Shown here: piece by piece, positions 7,441 to 15,983 of the stretch
Layout of the letters: each line of letters begins with the position of its first letter
Position numbering within the stretch: the stretch's first letter is position 1
The notes under the pieces: generated by a model
Told to the model about the DNA's origin: nothing
Database searches by the model: none
The model's input: the letters and a program-made list of their open reading frames with translations, nothing else
Origin: a virus
Lineage: Duplodnaviria > Heunggongvirae > Uroviricota > Caudoviricetes
Length of the DNA stretch: 64,000 nucleotides
IMG/VR virus record: IMGVR_UViG_3300022822_000008
Direction: 5' to 3' (one strand)
Made by a program: the position numbers and the translations under genes

Positions 7441-7518
7441 TGGTGTGAACGGTGGGAGTCGAACCCACAAGCATCTGTTTCTAAAACAGATAGGTAAACC
7501 AATTCCCGTCACATTCAC
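7441..7518 (-). tRNA. tRNA with anticodon TAG (Leu-type anticodon) but a short type I variable loop
   Basis: Perfect T-arm GTGGG-TTCGACT-CCCAC; perfect anticodon stem TCTGT/ACAGA with loop TTTAGAA; acceptor GTGAATG/CGTTCAC. Confidence 0.55.
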
Positions 7519-7533
7519 AATAAAAGCATAATG

Positions 7534-7608
7534 TCAGAAAGGAAAGATTCGAACTTTCGACCCCACGGATCCAAACCGTGTACTCTGACCAGACTGAGCT
7601 ACTCTCTG
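7534..7608 (-). tRNA. tRNA-Pro (anticodon TGG), no CCA
   Basis: Perfect T-arm GAAAG-TTCGAAT-CTTTC; perfect anticodon stem CACGG/CCGTG with loop TTTGGAT. Confidence 0.8.
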
Positions 7609-7628
7609 ACATTATGCTCTTTAAATTT

Positions 7629-7704
7629 TGGTGCACCGCCCTGGATTCGAACCAGAAACCTTTCGATTATGAGTCGAGTGCTCTACCAGTTGAGCTAGCA
7701 GTGC
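7629..7704 (-). tRNA. tRNA-Met/Ile2 (anticodon CAT), CCA encoded; near-duplicate body of 3261..3336
   Basis: The internal ~60 nt are identical to the tRNA at 3261..3336 apart from a T-loop base; acceptor GCACTGC/GCGGTGC. Confidence 0.75.
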
Positions 7705-7727
7705 GTAATTTTAACTTTAAACAAATT

Positions 7728-7798
7728 TGGTGGAGAACCAGAGAATCGAACTCTGTTCTAGTCGGTGCAAGCGACCATCTGCATCCATGACGTTCCCC
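7728..7798 (-). tRNA. tRNA-Ala (anticodon TGC) with the G3:U70 identity pair, CCA encoded
   Basis: Acceptor GGGGAAC/GTTCTCC gives G3-U70; perfect T-arm CAGAG-TTCGATT-CTCTG; anticodon loop CTTGCAC. Confidence 0.8.
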
Positions 7799-7804
7799 AA
7801 TTTT

Positions 7805-8197
7805 TTACACCTTTAACTTATCATCTCTAGTAAGGTAGTTTTTCTTTCGCATAGTTGTTTTTGCTATAACATCTAATTCATCATTTCGTTTATCGTACTT
7901 AACCATAAAAGGTATGTTGATGTTTGAGTTAATGTCGAATAAAACTGCTTCGACACCTGGATTCATACCTCCGATTTTAGGTCCATGTTTTGCAAATACC
8001 TTCTTGAACATACTCATTAGCTCAACTATTGTAATTGCATTACCGTTTCTAGCATCGTTGACTCTTTCTCTAAAATGAGTACCAGATAAATCTATATCTA
8101 CACCAACAGCAGCGAATAACTTATCAGCAAATTTCTCTACTATACCAATATCTGTTCTTGAAAGTTCTTCTGAGAACATTTCTTTAAATCTTTTCAT
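7805..8197 (-). CDS. Hypothetical protein
   Basis: 130-aa ORF. Confidence 0.5.
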   Translation of the reverse strand: MKRFKEMFSEELSRTDIGIVEKFADKLFAAVGVDIDLSGTHFRERVNDARNGNAITIVELMSMFKKVFAKHGPKIGGMNPGVEAVLFDINSNINIPFMVKYDKRNDELDVIAKTTMRKKNYLTRDDKLKV

Positions 8198-8385
8198 TGT
8201 GACTACCTTATTATTTTTATCTATTTATCTATTTATGTACAAGGTTATCAACTAAATAATTATATGTCCAGTATCCTCACCTAAAAGAGGAATGCATCGG
8301 CCGTTTGCATCGCTAATCTTGACCCTATGCGTCCGAGGATTGGCATTTAGGAACGATCAATTTTGCATACTGGCATATAATTATT

Positions 8386-8461
8386 TGGTAGTGTGAAATG
8401 GATTTGAACCATTATCTAATCCCTTATGAGGAGATTTCTTTACCAATTAAGATACCACACT
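8386..8461 (-). tRNA. tRNA with anticodon CAT (fourth CAT tRNA), CCA encoded
   Basis: Perfect T-arm AATGG-TTCAAAT-CCATT; anticodon stem ATCTC/GGGAT with loop CTCATAA; acceptor AGTGTGG/TCACACT. Confidence 0.7.
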
Positions 8462-8472
8462 ATTAAAAAATT

Positions 8473-8548
8473 TGGTACTCGATGATGGGATCGAACCATC
8501 AACATCTGCCATGTAAAGGCAGTGCTCTGCCTATTGAGCTAATCGAGT
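8473..8548 (-). tRNA. tRNA-Val (anticodon TAC), CCA encoded
   Basis: Perfect acceptor ACTCGAT/ATCGAGT; perfect T-arm GATGG-TTCGATC-CCATC; perfect anticodon stem with loop TTTACAT. Confidence 0.8.
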
Positions 8549-8610
8549 TTTGGTGCCGAAACCCGGAACTGACCCGAGAACTAATGGTTACAAATCACTT
8601 GTTTTTCCAG

Positions 8611-9252
8611 TTAAACTATTTCGGCTATTTCGTTAATTGATTGCCAACTAAGTTGGCTCTTATTTAAAATTATTATTCTAACGCCATTCTGTTCTTCTAC
8701 TAGTTTTATCTTTTCACAATCTTTGAACCCAAGGCTTGGGTTGATGTTGTTAATTAGAAAGTCGTTTTTAGGGTCTAAATATAAATCATAGTCTATTAAA
8801 TATATGTCTGGTGTATAGGTTCTTGCTTTGCCTTTTGGGTCAATATAATTGAACCTCGAGCAAGTATCCCATTTAATGTCATTTTCATCTAAGCTCTTTG
8901 CAACTTCTAATTCGTAACTACTACCTAAAGTTTTACCTTTATATTTTATCCATCTAGACTGAGTTACGCCACCAAGGCCACGTTTTTTCGCGGCTATTGA
9001 TAATTTATTCCTAGCTTCTTGAGACCAATTACGATTTCTATTACGTTCGCTAATCTTATTTCTCGCGTCATCACTTAAAATATAAGGTATACCAGTTTCC
9101 GAAGATTTGATCCATTGATTGCTATTCTTCCTCTTATCATAATCAATTTTAGGGTCTGCAATTCTATCTGGATTTTCTGCGCATCTTGGTTGATGTGCGC
9201 TCAATACCCTTTTCTTTTCTATTTCTTTGTTACAATATTTGCAATTAAACAT
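8611..9252 (-). CDS. Putative free-standing homing endonuclease (N-terminal CxxC zinc finger, NUMOD3-like repeats, C-terminal nuclease-like domain)
   Basis: CKYCNKEI...HQPRC; repeated KIS/KLS.RNRNRNWSQEARNKLS motifs; located directly beside the tRNA cluster. Confidence 0.45.
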   Translation of the reverse strand: MFNCKYCNKEIEKKRVLSAHQPRCAENPDRIADPKIDYDKRKNSNQWIKSSETGIPYILSDDARNKISERNRNRNWSQEARNKLSIAAKKRGLGGVTQSRWIKYKGKTLGSSYELEVAKSLDENDIKWDTCSRFNYIDPKGKARTYTPDIYLIDYDLYLDPKNDFLINNINPSLGFKDCEKIKLVEEQNGVRIIILNKSQLSWQSINEIAEIV

Positions 9253-9424
9253 TAATGTTCTCTAATAATTTTAATATATTTATATTTATATAATTTAATT
9301 ATTCAAAACCAGTGCATCACCATCAATGCTTAATCGGCAGTTTGTTTATCTTCCCTTAGAGCCGTTAACGATAAACTTTGGCACGGTTATCAATTTTTCA
9401 ATTGTTCATCAATTCAGAACGTGT

Positions 9425-9454
9425 ATTATATCAAACTAATTTCTATTTGTCAAC
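9425..9454 (-). promoter_or_regulatory. Sigma70-type early promoter
   Basis: GTTGAC-17-TTGATATAAT upstream of the homing-endonuclease-like ORF. Confidence 0.55.
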
Positions 9455-9910
9455 CATTATTTTTGTTTTTATTTCATTTAATTTCGCAGTTAATCGTAAA
9501 AATGCTTTATGATATTTTTTCATCCGTTCGAAATCTTTATCTGTAATTCCTTTAAGTCGAGTTATATCACTGTTGTCTTTCAAATCAGCAAGTTTAACTC
9601 TTATTGAGTCAACATTCGTTTCTACACGACATAGATAATCTTCGTACGGTTCGCCTTTAATCTTTGTCATACATATAATACCTGAAATGACCCGTTCGGT
9701 GAATCCTTCTTGTCGTAAATAATTCAGCGTTATTTCTGGGCAATCTTCAACTGTATCATGAAGAACTGCAATTTGTTGTGTTTCATATCCATCAACAGAT
9801 TTCATTACTCTTAATGGATGTAGAATATATGGATGTCCACCTTTATCAACTTGATCTACGTGAGCTCTTGCAGCTATCATAATTGCTTTGCTTAACATAT
9901 CAATTTCCAT
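9443..9910 (-). CDS. HD-domain (p)ppGpp hydrolase (small alarmone hydrolase, SpoT/Mesh1-like)
   Basis: AARAHVDQ..GGHPYILHPLRV..AVLHDTVED motifs in a 155-aa single-domain protein. Confidence 0.7.
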   Translation of the reverse strand: MEIDMLSKAIMIAARAHVDQVDKGGHPYILHPLRVMKSVDGYETQQIAVLHDTVEDCPEITLNYLRQEGFTERVISGIICMTKIKGEPYEDYLCRVETNVDSIRVKLADLKDNSDITRLKGITDKDFERMKKYHKAFLRLTAKLNEIKTKIMVDK

Positions 9911-10433
9911 AATTATTCTCTTAATGTTTTATTCAATACAACTATTGTATCAAGTTTAATAATTTTGTCAATGACTAATTTGCCCAATCTATACTAAAAA
10001 AGGTTAACAAATAAATGTTAACCTTTAGTTTAATTTTTTAAATTAATACTTACGTTAACATCGGTAGATCCACTCATCATTATTTTTATGTGACGGCATC
10101 CCTACAGGACTAATTATAAAATACGCGCTCACAATAGACTGTCGCGTCGAGGCGAGTCTTAAGTTTGCTTGTATTAGTTGAATTATAGAATTCATTTTAA
10201 TCCTTTGTTTAATTATTAATTTTATTTATAACACTTTGCATCTTTCGTGAAAAACTTTTTACCTGATATTCGTCAGTTTATTTAACATTGTAAACAAACG
10301 TATACACTCCATTTCTTCCGGCTCGACACTAGGATTTGATTGAATTTCTTTTGCCGTTGGAGCTTTGTCGTATTGACCATAGACACCTGATGTTTTACTT
10401 TTATACATGTACTTCGTCATAATCACTTTCCTG

Positions 10434-10637
10434 TTATTCTGGAATGCTATTTAAACACTCATTCACTAATTGACTATTTTCATAGCCGTTTGCTGTTGCA
10501 TCTAGAACCTCACATGGAGTAAGATTCCTCGTTTTTTGTGGTTCAGTTGTGGTGTCTGTAGTGTATATTTTCAATAAGAACACACACATCAGCAAAAAAA
10601 TTAAAATTGCTGCTGTTTTAGTTGTTTTATCTTTCAT
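10434..10637 (-). CDS. Small secreted or membrane protein
   Basis: Hydrophobic N-terminus. Confidence 0.35.
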   Translation of the reverse strand: MKDKTTKTAAILIFLLMCVFLLKIYTTDTTTEPQKTRNLTPCEVLDATANGYENSQLVNECLNSIPE

Positions 10638-10751
10638 GTTATGTAACCCTCTACTAATTGTAAACCTAAGAACATTCCAACAAAAAGTATTACTAAAACT
10701 TTTATGATATGTCCTAATATTTTTGCTGTTTGATGTATTCTCAAAATATGA

Positions 10752-11351
10752 TCACTCAGTAGTATTTACTATTTTCTTGCCGGAGGTGCCTATCATTATT
10801 TTGGTATGCATTTTTCCGCCGATTTCACGCTGATAAAAGTAATCTTTTAACTGTGGTGTATATCGGACATTTTCATCATCATCTGGAACTTCACTTAATT
10901 CCTCTCCCGATATTTTCTCAGCTTCTTCAGGTGTCTTTGCATATTTAATAATGAAATCCAGACCTAGAATTTTTTTCGTAAAACCTAAGGCATTGCCTGA
11001 AATTTCCGAATATGACCTACCAAATTCATCTTTTTTGATGTCAATTAAAGCATCTTTACCAGCATCGGATCCATCAGTAAATGAAGCAACACCTTTTCGG
11101 CCGCCTTTATCTTTATAAAGGATTCCAGCTACGATTTTATCATTTTTTCTGACTATTTTCCAAAACGGAATTTTTTTAATCATATCTTCAGCAGAGTTAA
11201 AACCACTACCCTTAATTCCACCTTGTGATTTATATGATTGTTGTAGCATATCAAATACAGTATCAGCATACTTTTCACGTTCATCTTTATCTTTTGTGAA
11301 TAAATTTAACACTCGCTCATTTAACTGCATGTGATTTTTAAAACTTTCCAT
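10752..11351 (-). CDS. Hypothetical protein
   Basis: 199-aa ORF. Confidence 0.5.
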   Translation of the reverse strand: MESFKNHMQLNERVLNLFTKDKDEREKYADTVFDMLQQSYKSQGGIKGSGFNSAEDMIKKIPFWKIVRKNDKIVAGILYKDKGGRKGVASFTDGSDAGKDALIDIKKDEFGRSYSEISGNALGFTKKILGLDFIIKYAKTPEEAEKISGEELSEVPDDDENVRYTPQLKDYFYQREIGGKMHTKIMIGTSGKKIVNTTE

Positions 11352-11384
11352 CGATCCGTATTCCTATTAAACATTTAAAACTAT

Positions 11385-11921
11385 TTATAATTCACAATCG
11401 ACGAAGTAAGTGTTAAAAGCATAGTCGATCAACTCATTAACATTATCCATATTTTCAACTCTATGGTGTCCACCTTCGTGACATTTTAAATAAGACACAT
11501 CTTTCAACATCTTAATTGTTTTCGAGACTTCAATAATTTCGTCGCTTGTTTCGATGTAAACGTATTTCGGGACTCTATTTTTTAACTCATTTTCACTAAT
11601 ATTTGGATATGCCAAATGTGGCAAGCTTTTTTCTGGGAAAATTGCGGGGTTGATAATCACTGCAGGTATTTCATATTTCGCAGACATTTTCAATGCCCAA
11701 TAAGCACCCAAACTATGACCAACAAGCATTTCAGGTTTCGACGATTCTATTTGTTCAGAATAAAGTGCGTTAATCTCTGCATAGCTCAAGAAATCATAGT
11801 TTACGGTTTGACATTTTTTGTCATACCTTTTGATTTGAGTGAATTTATTTGTTTGACTACTTGATTGATAGCCATGGTAAAACATAATCATTTTGTAAAA
11901 CTCCGTAAATCGAAACAACAT
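11385..11921 (-). CDS. Alpha/beta-hydrolase fold esterase (GHSLGA nucleophile elbow)
   Basis: GxSxG motif MLVGHSLGAYWA; size and layout of YqiA-like esterases. Confidence 0.55.
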   Translation of the reverse strand: MLFRFTEFYKMIMFYHGYQSSSQTNKFTQIKRYDKKCQTVNYDFLSYAEINALYSEQIESSKPEMLVGHSLGAYWALKMSAKYEIPAVIINPAIFPEKSLPHLAYPNISENELKNRVPKYVYIETSDEIIEVSKTIKMLKDVSYLKCHEGGHHRVENMDNVNELIDYAFNTYFVDCEL

Positions 11922-11973
11922 TAATTCGATGTGTTAATTGTATCAAGCGCTGCAGAGACTGTCAACCTTTATT

Positions 11974-12261
11974 TTAATAAGCCTGTATTTGTATGATTTT
12001 CGTGTATTCACCTTCATAGTCATGAATATCATCTTCAGATATTTCATCAGCCAAATATTCAGCATCGTCTGATATATATGATAGACCAATCCAAGTGGCA
12101 CTCATCAGTTCTTGACCGTGGTCACAGCTAAGACGAACATTAGTATCCCCGCCGTATTCTTTTTTAAGTTCAATTATTGCTATTTCTAATTCGTTTAATG
12201 TCATGTTATTTACCTTCTGGTCTTTTTGCTTTTGCGTTTTTTGCCAATGCCAAACCGTCAC
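11974..12261 (-). CDS. Hypothetical protein
   Basis: 95-aa ORF. Confidence 0.4.
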   Translation of the reverse strand: MTVWHWQKTQKQKDQKVNNMTLNELEIAIIELKKEYGGDTNVRLSCDHGQELMSATWIGLSYISDDAEYLADEISEDDIHDYEGEYTKIIQIQAY

Positions 12262-12430
12262 GTTGCATCTTTTCGTAATAATGGAATCCCATATCGCTGA
12301 GTTTTTCTAAGTCCACGTAGTCAAGGCCTAGTGCCTTTGAATTCGTCTGTATAAATGTTGCAGCTTTAACAATTTCTGCTTCGTTTTTTGCTTTTTCTAA
12401 CAGCTCGCGAGCCATATGAAATTTGGACAT
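12206..12430 (-). CDS. Hypothetical protein
   Basis: 74-aa ORF. Confidence 0.35.
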   Translation of the reverse strand: MSKFHMARELLEKAKNEAEIVKAATFIQTNSKALGLDYVDLEKLSDMGFHYYEKMQRDGLALAKNAKAKRPEGK

Positions 12431-12693
12431 TATGATTTACCTTTTTTTAATTTCTTTTTGAGTTTCTTATTCTTTTCAGCAAGCTTTATGTATTCAGTCT
12501 TCAATTCATCGTACTTTCCTTGAAGTTCAACAAGTGCAATTTTGTTCCACATTTCAGTTAATAATTCTGACATTTTTGGCATATTAAGTAGCACCTCCAG
12601 TTGCGCCGGACAAAACGAACCAGCATATGATAAATACAGCGACCCAGAAAGCAAGACACACACCCTTTTTGAATGAGTCGAACCAACTCTCAC
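12430..12693 (-). CDS. Hypothetical protein (membrane N-terminus)
   Basis: 87-aa ORF. Confidence 0.35.
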   Translation of the reverse strand: MRVGSTHSKRVCVLLSGSLYLSYAGSFCPAQLEVLLNMPKMSELLTEMWNKIALVELQGKYDELKTEYIKLAEKNKKLKKKLKKGKS

Positions 12694-12751
12694 CGCCGAT
12701 TATCGCACCGATGATTATAAAGAACAGTATTAGAAGTATTATTTCCATGAC

Positions 12752-12973
12752 TTATTCAAACCCCAATTTATTCAGTGATTGTATAAAACTAAGTGCGCTT
12801 CCTTCTGTTTCGATTCCTATATAACTTGAGGCAAAGTAAACCTCAGCGATTACGAATGAATCGTTTTTTATCCAGTCTTGTAAATTTGTTGTAACTTCAG
12901 TTATCAAATTTCCGAAGGTAGAAATTATTTTTAAATTCTTTTCGCTACGTTCCAAGTGTATAATTGTTTTCAT
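12752..12973 (-). CDS. Hypothetical protein
   Basis: 73-aa ORF. Confidence 0.35.
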   Translation of the reverse strand: MKTIIHLERSEKNLKIISTFGNLITEVTTNLQDWIKNDSFVIAEVYFASSYIGIETEGSALSFIQSLNKLGFE

Positions 12974-12985
12974 AAGTTTCTCAGT

Positions 12986-13237
12986 CTAGACAAGTTCAAG
13001 GCATACGGCGTATGTTTTACCGATATGTAATAAGTCGGAGGTTTTATAAGAACCTTCGATAATTCCGTCTTGTATTTCAGTTGCGATATCAGTCACTTTG
13101 CAAGAATAAGAATCAACTTTGTATTCATTAGTTTCTATTGATCTTTCAGTTTTTGATTCATCCAATTTTCTATGAAATTTCACAAGTTTAATACTCATAA
13201 TTTCGTATGATTTGCAAAGTGATAATAAAGTTTTCAT
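12986..13237 (-). CDS. Hypothetical protein
   Basis: 83-aa ORF downstream of the promoter cassette at 13269-13299. Confidence 0.45.
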   Translation of the reverse strand: MKTLLSLCKSYEIMSIKLVKFHRKLDESKTERSIETNEYKVDSYSCKVTDIATEIQDGIIEGSYKTSDLLHIGKTYAVCLELV

Positions 13238-13268
13238 GTTTCTCTTTGTTGTTTCGATTCAATACAAA

Positions 13269-13299
13269 TATTATATCAAAATATGACGTCCGTGTCAAT
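13269..13299 (-). promoter_or_regulatory. Early promoter cassette with conserved leader (ATTGAATCGAAACA)
   Basis: -35 ATTGAC, -10 TTGATATAAT, then TATTTGTATTGAATCGAAACAACAAAGAG. Confidence 0.6.
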
Positions 13300-13302
13300 G
13301 GT

Positions 13303-13536
13303 TTACCGCGTATTTGTATAAGGATGATCCGATATATTTAAAGCATCATAAAGCCTTTTCAGTAACATACAGATTCCATAGCCTGTCACCAGACCGCCCG
13401 TAAATAACATCACATATTCAAAGATGAACCAAAATTGGAACGTAATAAAAAGCGCAATTATTAGGGATCCTATAGCAGTAGTAACAACAAACCAATATTG
13501 TTCTTTATCACTCATGTTTCTTAATCTATTCAACAT
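13303..13536 (-). CDS. Small membrane protein
   Basis: Two hydrophobic helices. Confidence 0.4.
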   Translation of the reverse strand: MLNRLRNMSDKEQYWFVVTTAIGSLIIALFITFQFWFIFEYVMLFTGGLVTGYGICMLLKRLYDALNISDHPYTNTR

Positions 13537-13538
13537 GA

Positions 13539-14645
13539 CTACATATCTCTCGCGGTTTTATATAATGCAATCGACACAGGAAATCTAGGAACCCCATCAG
13601 GAGTTCGCGTGAAGAATTTCACAGTGACTTCACCACCAACATATAATTCAGCATCTTCTAATAATTGTTTGGCATATGCAAAATTACCTTTCAAACCAGA
13701 ACCACATTCGCGGCCGTCTTCCAATTTAAAAACAACTCGTTTTGCGTGACCAGACCAATTACCTTTACCTTCTTCAACACGAACGATTTCAAATTCGGCG
13801 TCTTCGAAGTCTTTACGTTTCATCAACGATTTACTACGTTTTCCTTCGTAAGGTTCATCTAATCGAGCCATACCACCTTCATATCCTTCACTCATGAATT
13901 CGCCGTAATATTCATCAGCTTCAGATTCATTTTCAGCTCTGAAGGTAGGAACGAATTTAGTGTATTTCAAATCTTGCGTCAGTTCGAAGAGTTCAACAGT
14001 TCGTGAAGTAAAAACACCTGGATTGCTCGGCAAGTCATAAGTATGAAATTGAGCCATTTCTTTTGACTTCACAAGGTCGTCTTCAGATGGTTTGGTACGT
14101 CGAACGATAGAAATAATCTCATTGAAATCTTCTTTCAGGTCGTGGTTGTACAATTCGCCGTCAAGAATAAGATCAGGATTTTTCTCAAACAATGGTGCAA
14201 GCTCTTCGAGGATATGAGGAATTGTGGGAATTGGTTTGCCGTTGCGTGTAGTAGCGCCTGTTGAAGATATGATGCAGCGAATGCCATCAAGTTTTGGCTG
14301 AACGAATATGGGATAAGTTATTTTATCTTTACGATCTTCCCATTTACATGCAAGCATTGGTCCGAAAAAGATGAATTTTCCGACATCTTCAATTTTGTCA
14401 TGATAATTTTGTTCACGTTGCTTAGTGTACATAGCTGTCACCTTAGCGATAGCTTGTTCCTCATTTGTAGTTGCATTCGCCTTTCCTACATTAACGCCTT
14501 TAGCGGTCGTCCACTTCGCGACTACCATTTTGCCGCCATAAACACCAGCGACTGTGCGGTATTTGTCATCTTCTAATTCGCAGAACCATTCGCGGGTTTT
14601 GCCTTTTGTGTCCAGTTTGAATAACGAGCTCATTTGATAAATCAT
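13539..14645 (-). CDS. ATP-dependent DNA ligase (T7-type, ~368 aa)
   Basis: Motif I KLDGIR, motif III LDGELY, motif IV EGGMARL, motif V LMKRKDF, plus a C-terminal OB-like region. Confidence 0.7.
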   Translation of the reverse strand: MIYQMSSLFKLDTKGKTREWFCELEDDKYRTVAGVYGGKMVVAKWTTAKGVNVGKANATTNEEQAIAKVTAMYTKQREQNYHDKIEDVGKFIFFGPMLACKWEDRKDKITYPIFVQPKLDGIRCIISSTGATTRNGKPIPTIPHILEELAPLFEKNPDLILDGELYNHDLKEDFNEIISIVRRTKPSEDDLVKSKEMAQFHTYDLPSNPGVFTSRTVELFELTQDLKYTKFVPTFRAENESEADEYYGEFMSEGYEGGMARLDEPYEGKRSKSLMKRKDFEDAEFEIVRVEEGKGNWSGHAKRVVFKLEDGRECGSGLKGNFAYAKQLLEDAELYVGGEVTVKFFTRTPDGVPRFPVSIALYKTARDM

Positions 14646-14707
14646 AATATTTCTCTTTGTTGTTTATTTGATACAACCATAATAACAATAATGCAGGCAG
14701 CTGTCAA

Positions 14708-15031
14708 TCATTCTTTATAAGTAACATCAAACAATTCAAATAATTCTTCTAAAAGATTCTGGGCGACCTCATCAGAAAATTGAGAGCTGACACCACCCTT
14801 TTCTAGCATATCAACATACGTCTTATAAAGTGTATCGTAAGCACTTTTACTTTCCAGTTTCGCTAATTTCAATTTTAATTCTGCATTTTCTTTTTTCAAT
14901 TCTTCATAATTAGATAAGTTTGGGGTCGAGAAAGGCGGAGAACTTCCATCGATTCTTCTTGACGTGGCTTTACTGAGTTCTTGCCATGCCCTTGCGTTTT
15001 CATCTTTATCGTTAATGTGTGAACCTGCCAT
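14708..15031 (-). CDS. Hypothetical protein
   Basis: 107-aa ORF. Confidence 0.4.
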   Translation of the reverse strand: MAGSHINDKDENARAWQELSKATSRRIDGSSPPFSTPNLSNYEELKKENAELKLKLAKLESKSAYDTLYKTYVDMLEKGGVSSQFSDEVAQNLLEELFELFDVTYKE

Positions 15032-15061
15032 TATGTTTCCTCTTTTATTTTAATACGCAAA

Positions 15062-15085
15062 AAGGCCACCCGAAGGCAGCCGTTT
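15062..15085 (-). terminator. Rho-independent terminator (UUCG-tetraloop hairpin plus U-tract) downstream of the SPFH gene
   Basis: Minus strand reads GGCUGCC-UUCG-GGUGGCC-UUUUUGCG. Confidence 0.55.
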
Positions 15086-15098
15086 CATTATTTAATCA

Positions 15099-15983
15099 TT
15101 ACTGATTTTTTGTTCCGTAAATGCGATTTTGTGCACCGACGGTTGACATTGCTTCATAAGGCATAAACACAGCGGCCTTATTTTTTGCCATTTCACTTTG
15201 AACTTCTAAGGCGCGTAATGATAACAAGTCTTCGGTAATACCTTCTCCGATTATCTTGTTGGCATCACGAACCGCTTTAGCACGAGTGATTTCAATTTCG
15301 TAATCTTTCAGAGCAAGAACCAATTCGTTCTCTTTCTTGGTCATATCGATTGCGGCCTGTGCCTCTTCTTTTTCAATTGCGAGACGTCTTTCCTCGTTAG
15401 CTTCAATCGAGGCATTAATGACTTCAGGATAATTAATATTACCAATCATCACTTGAGACAATTCAATAGGCGTAGTTTTAAACGATAACAAAACAGCATC
15501 AGCGATTTGTTGGCTTATTCGTTTGTAATTAGTATGAACATCATCGACAGTATATTCGCTGATTATTTCACGAGTTTTATTACGGATGATCATTCGACCA
15601 TACACAGCATAAACTTCATCAAAAGCGACTCGACGATCATCACCAGCCACGATATCATTAAAGATCGTATTCACAACAGACGGATCACTTGAAATTCGAC
15701 CTGAGAACTTAACATCGACGAACAAAGTCAATTTGTCTTTCAGTTTAACTTCAATGTTATTTTCGCTATAAACTTTTGAAGATGTGTCTAAAATGACCAT
15801 ATCATCACGACCGAACAGGGTGTATTTACCAGGTTCTAATACTTCAGGTTGATAACCGGAGGTGGTTAGGATTTTACCTTTACTGGCAGGTTCGACAGTG
15901 TAAAAACCACAGCCGCCTAATGTGATTGCTGTTAATAGTAATAGTGTTTTACTTAGGGTTTTCATTGTTGATCTCATTTTCAA
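15099..15983 (-). CDS. SPFH/band-7 (prohibitin/HflC-like) lipoprotein
   Basis: Lipobox LTAITLGGC; band-7-type coiled-coil C-terminus AIEKEEAQAAIDMTKKENEL. Confidence 0.7.
   Translation of the reverse strand: MKMRSTMKTLSKTLLLLTAITLGGCGFYTVEPASKGKILTTSGYQPEVLEPGKYTLFGRDDMVILDTSSKVYSENNIEVKLKDKLTLFVDVKFSGRISSDPSVVNTIFNDIVAGDDRRVAFDEVYAVYGRMIIRNKTREIISEYTVDDVHTNYKRISQQIADAVLLSFKTTPIELSQVMIGNINYPEVINASIEANEERRLAIEKEEAQAAIDMTKKENELVLALKDYEIEITRAKAVRDANKIIGEGITEDLLSLRALEVQSEMAKNKAAVFMPYEAMSTVGAQNRIYGTKNQ

Noticed and set aside
5865-7790. Plus-strand ORFs 5865..6134, 6971..7267 and 7578..7790, and minus-strand ORFs 7006..7215, 7146..7334 and 7274..7474
   Set aside because: All overlap well-folded tRNA genes (Arg, Gly, Ser, Pro, Met, Ala and others), so they are spurious.
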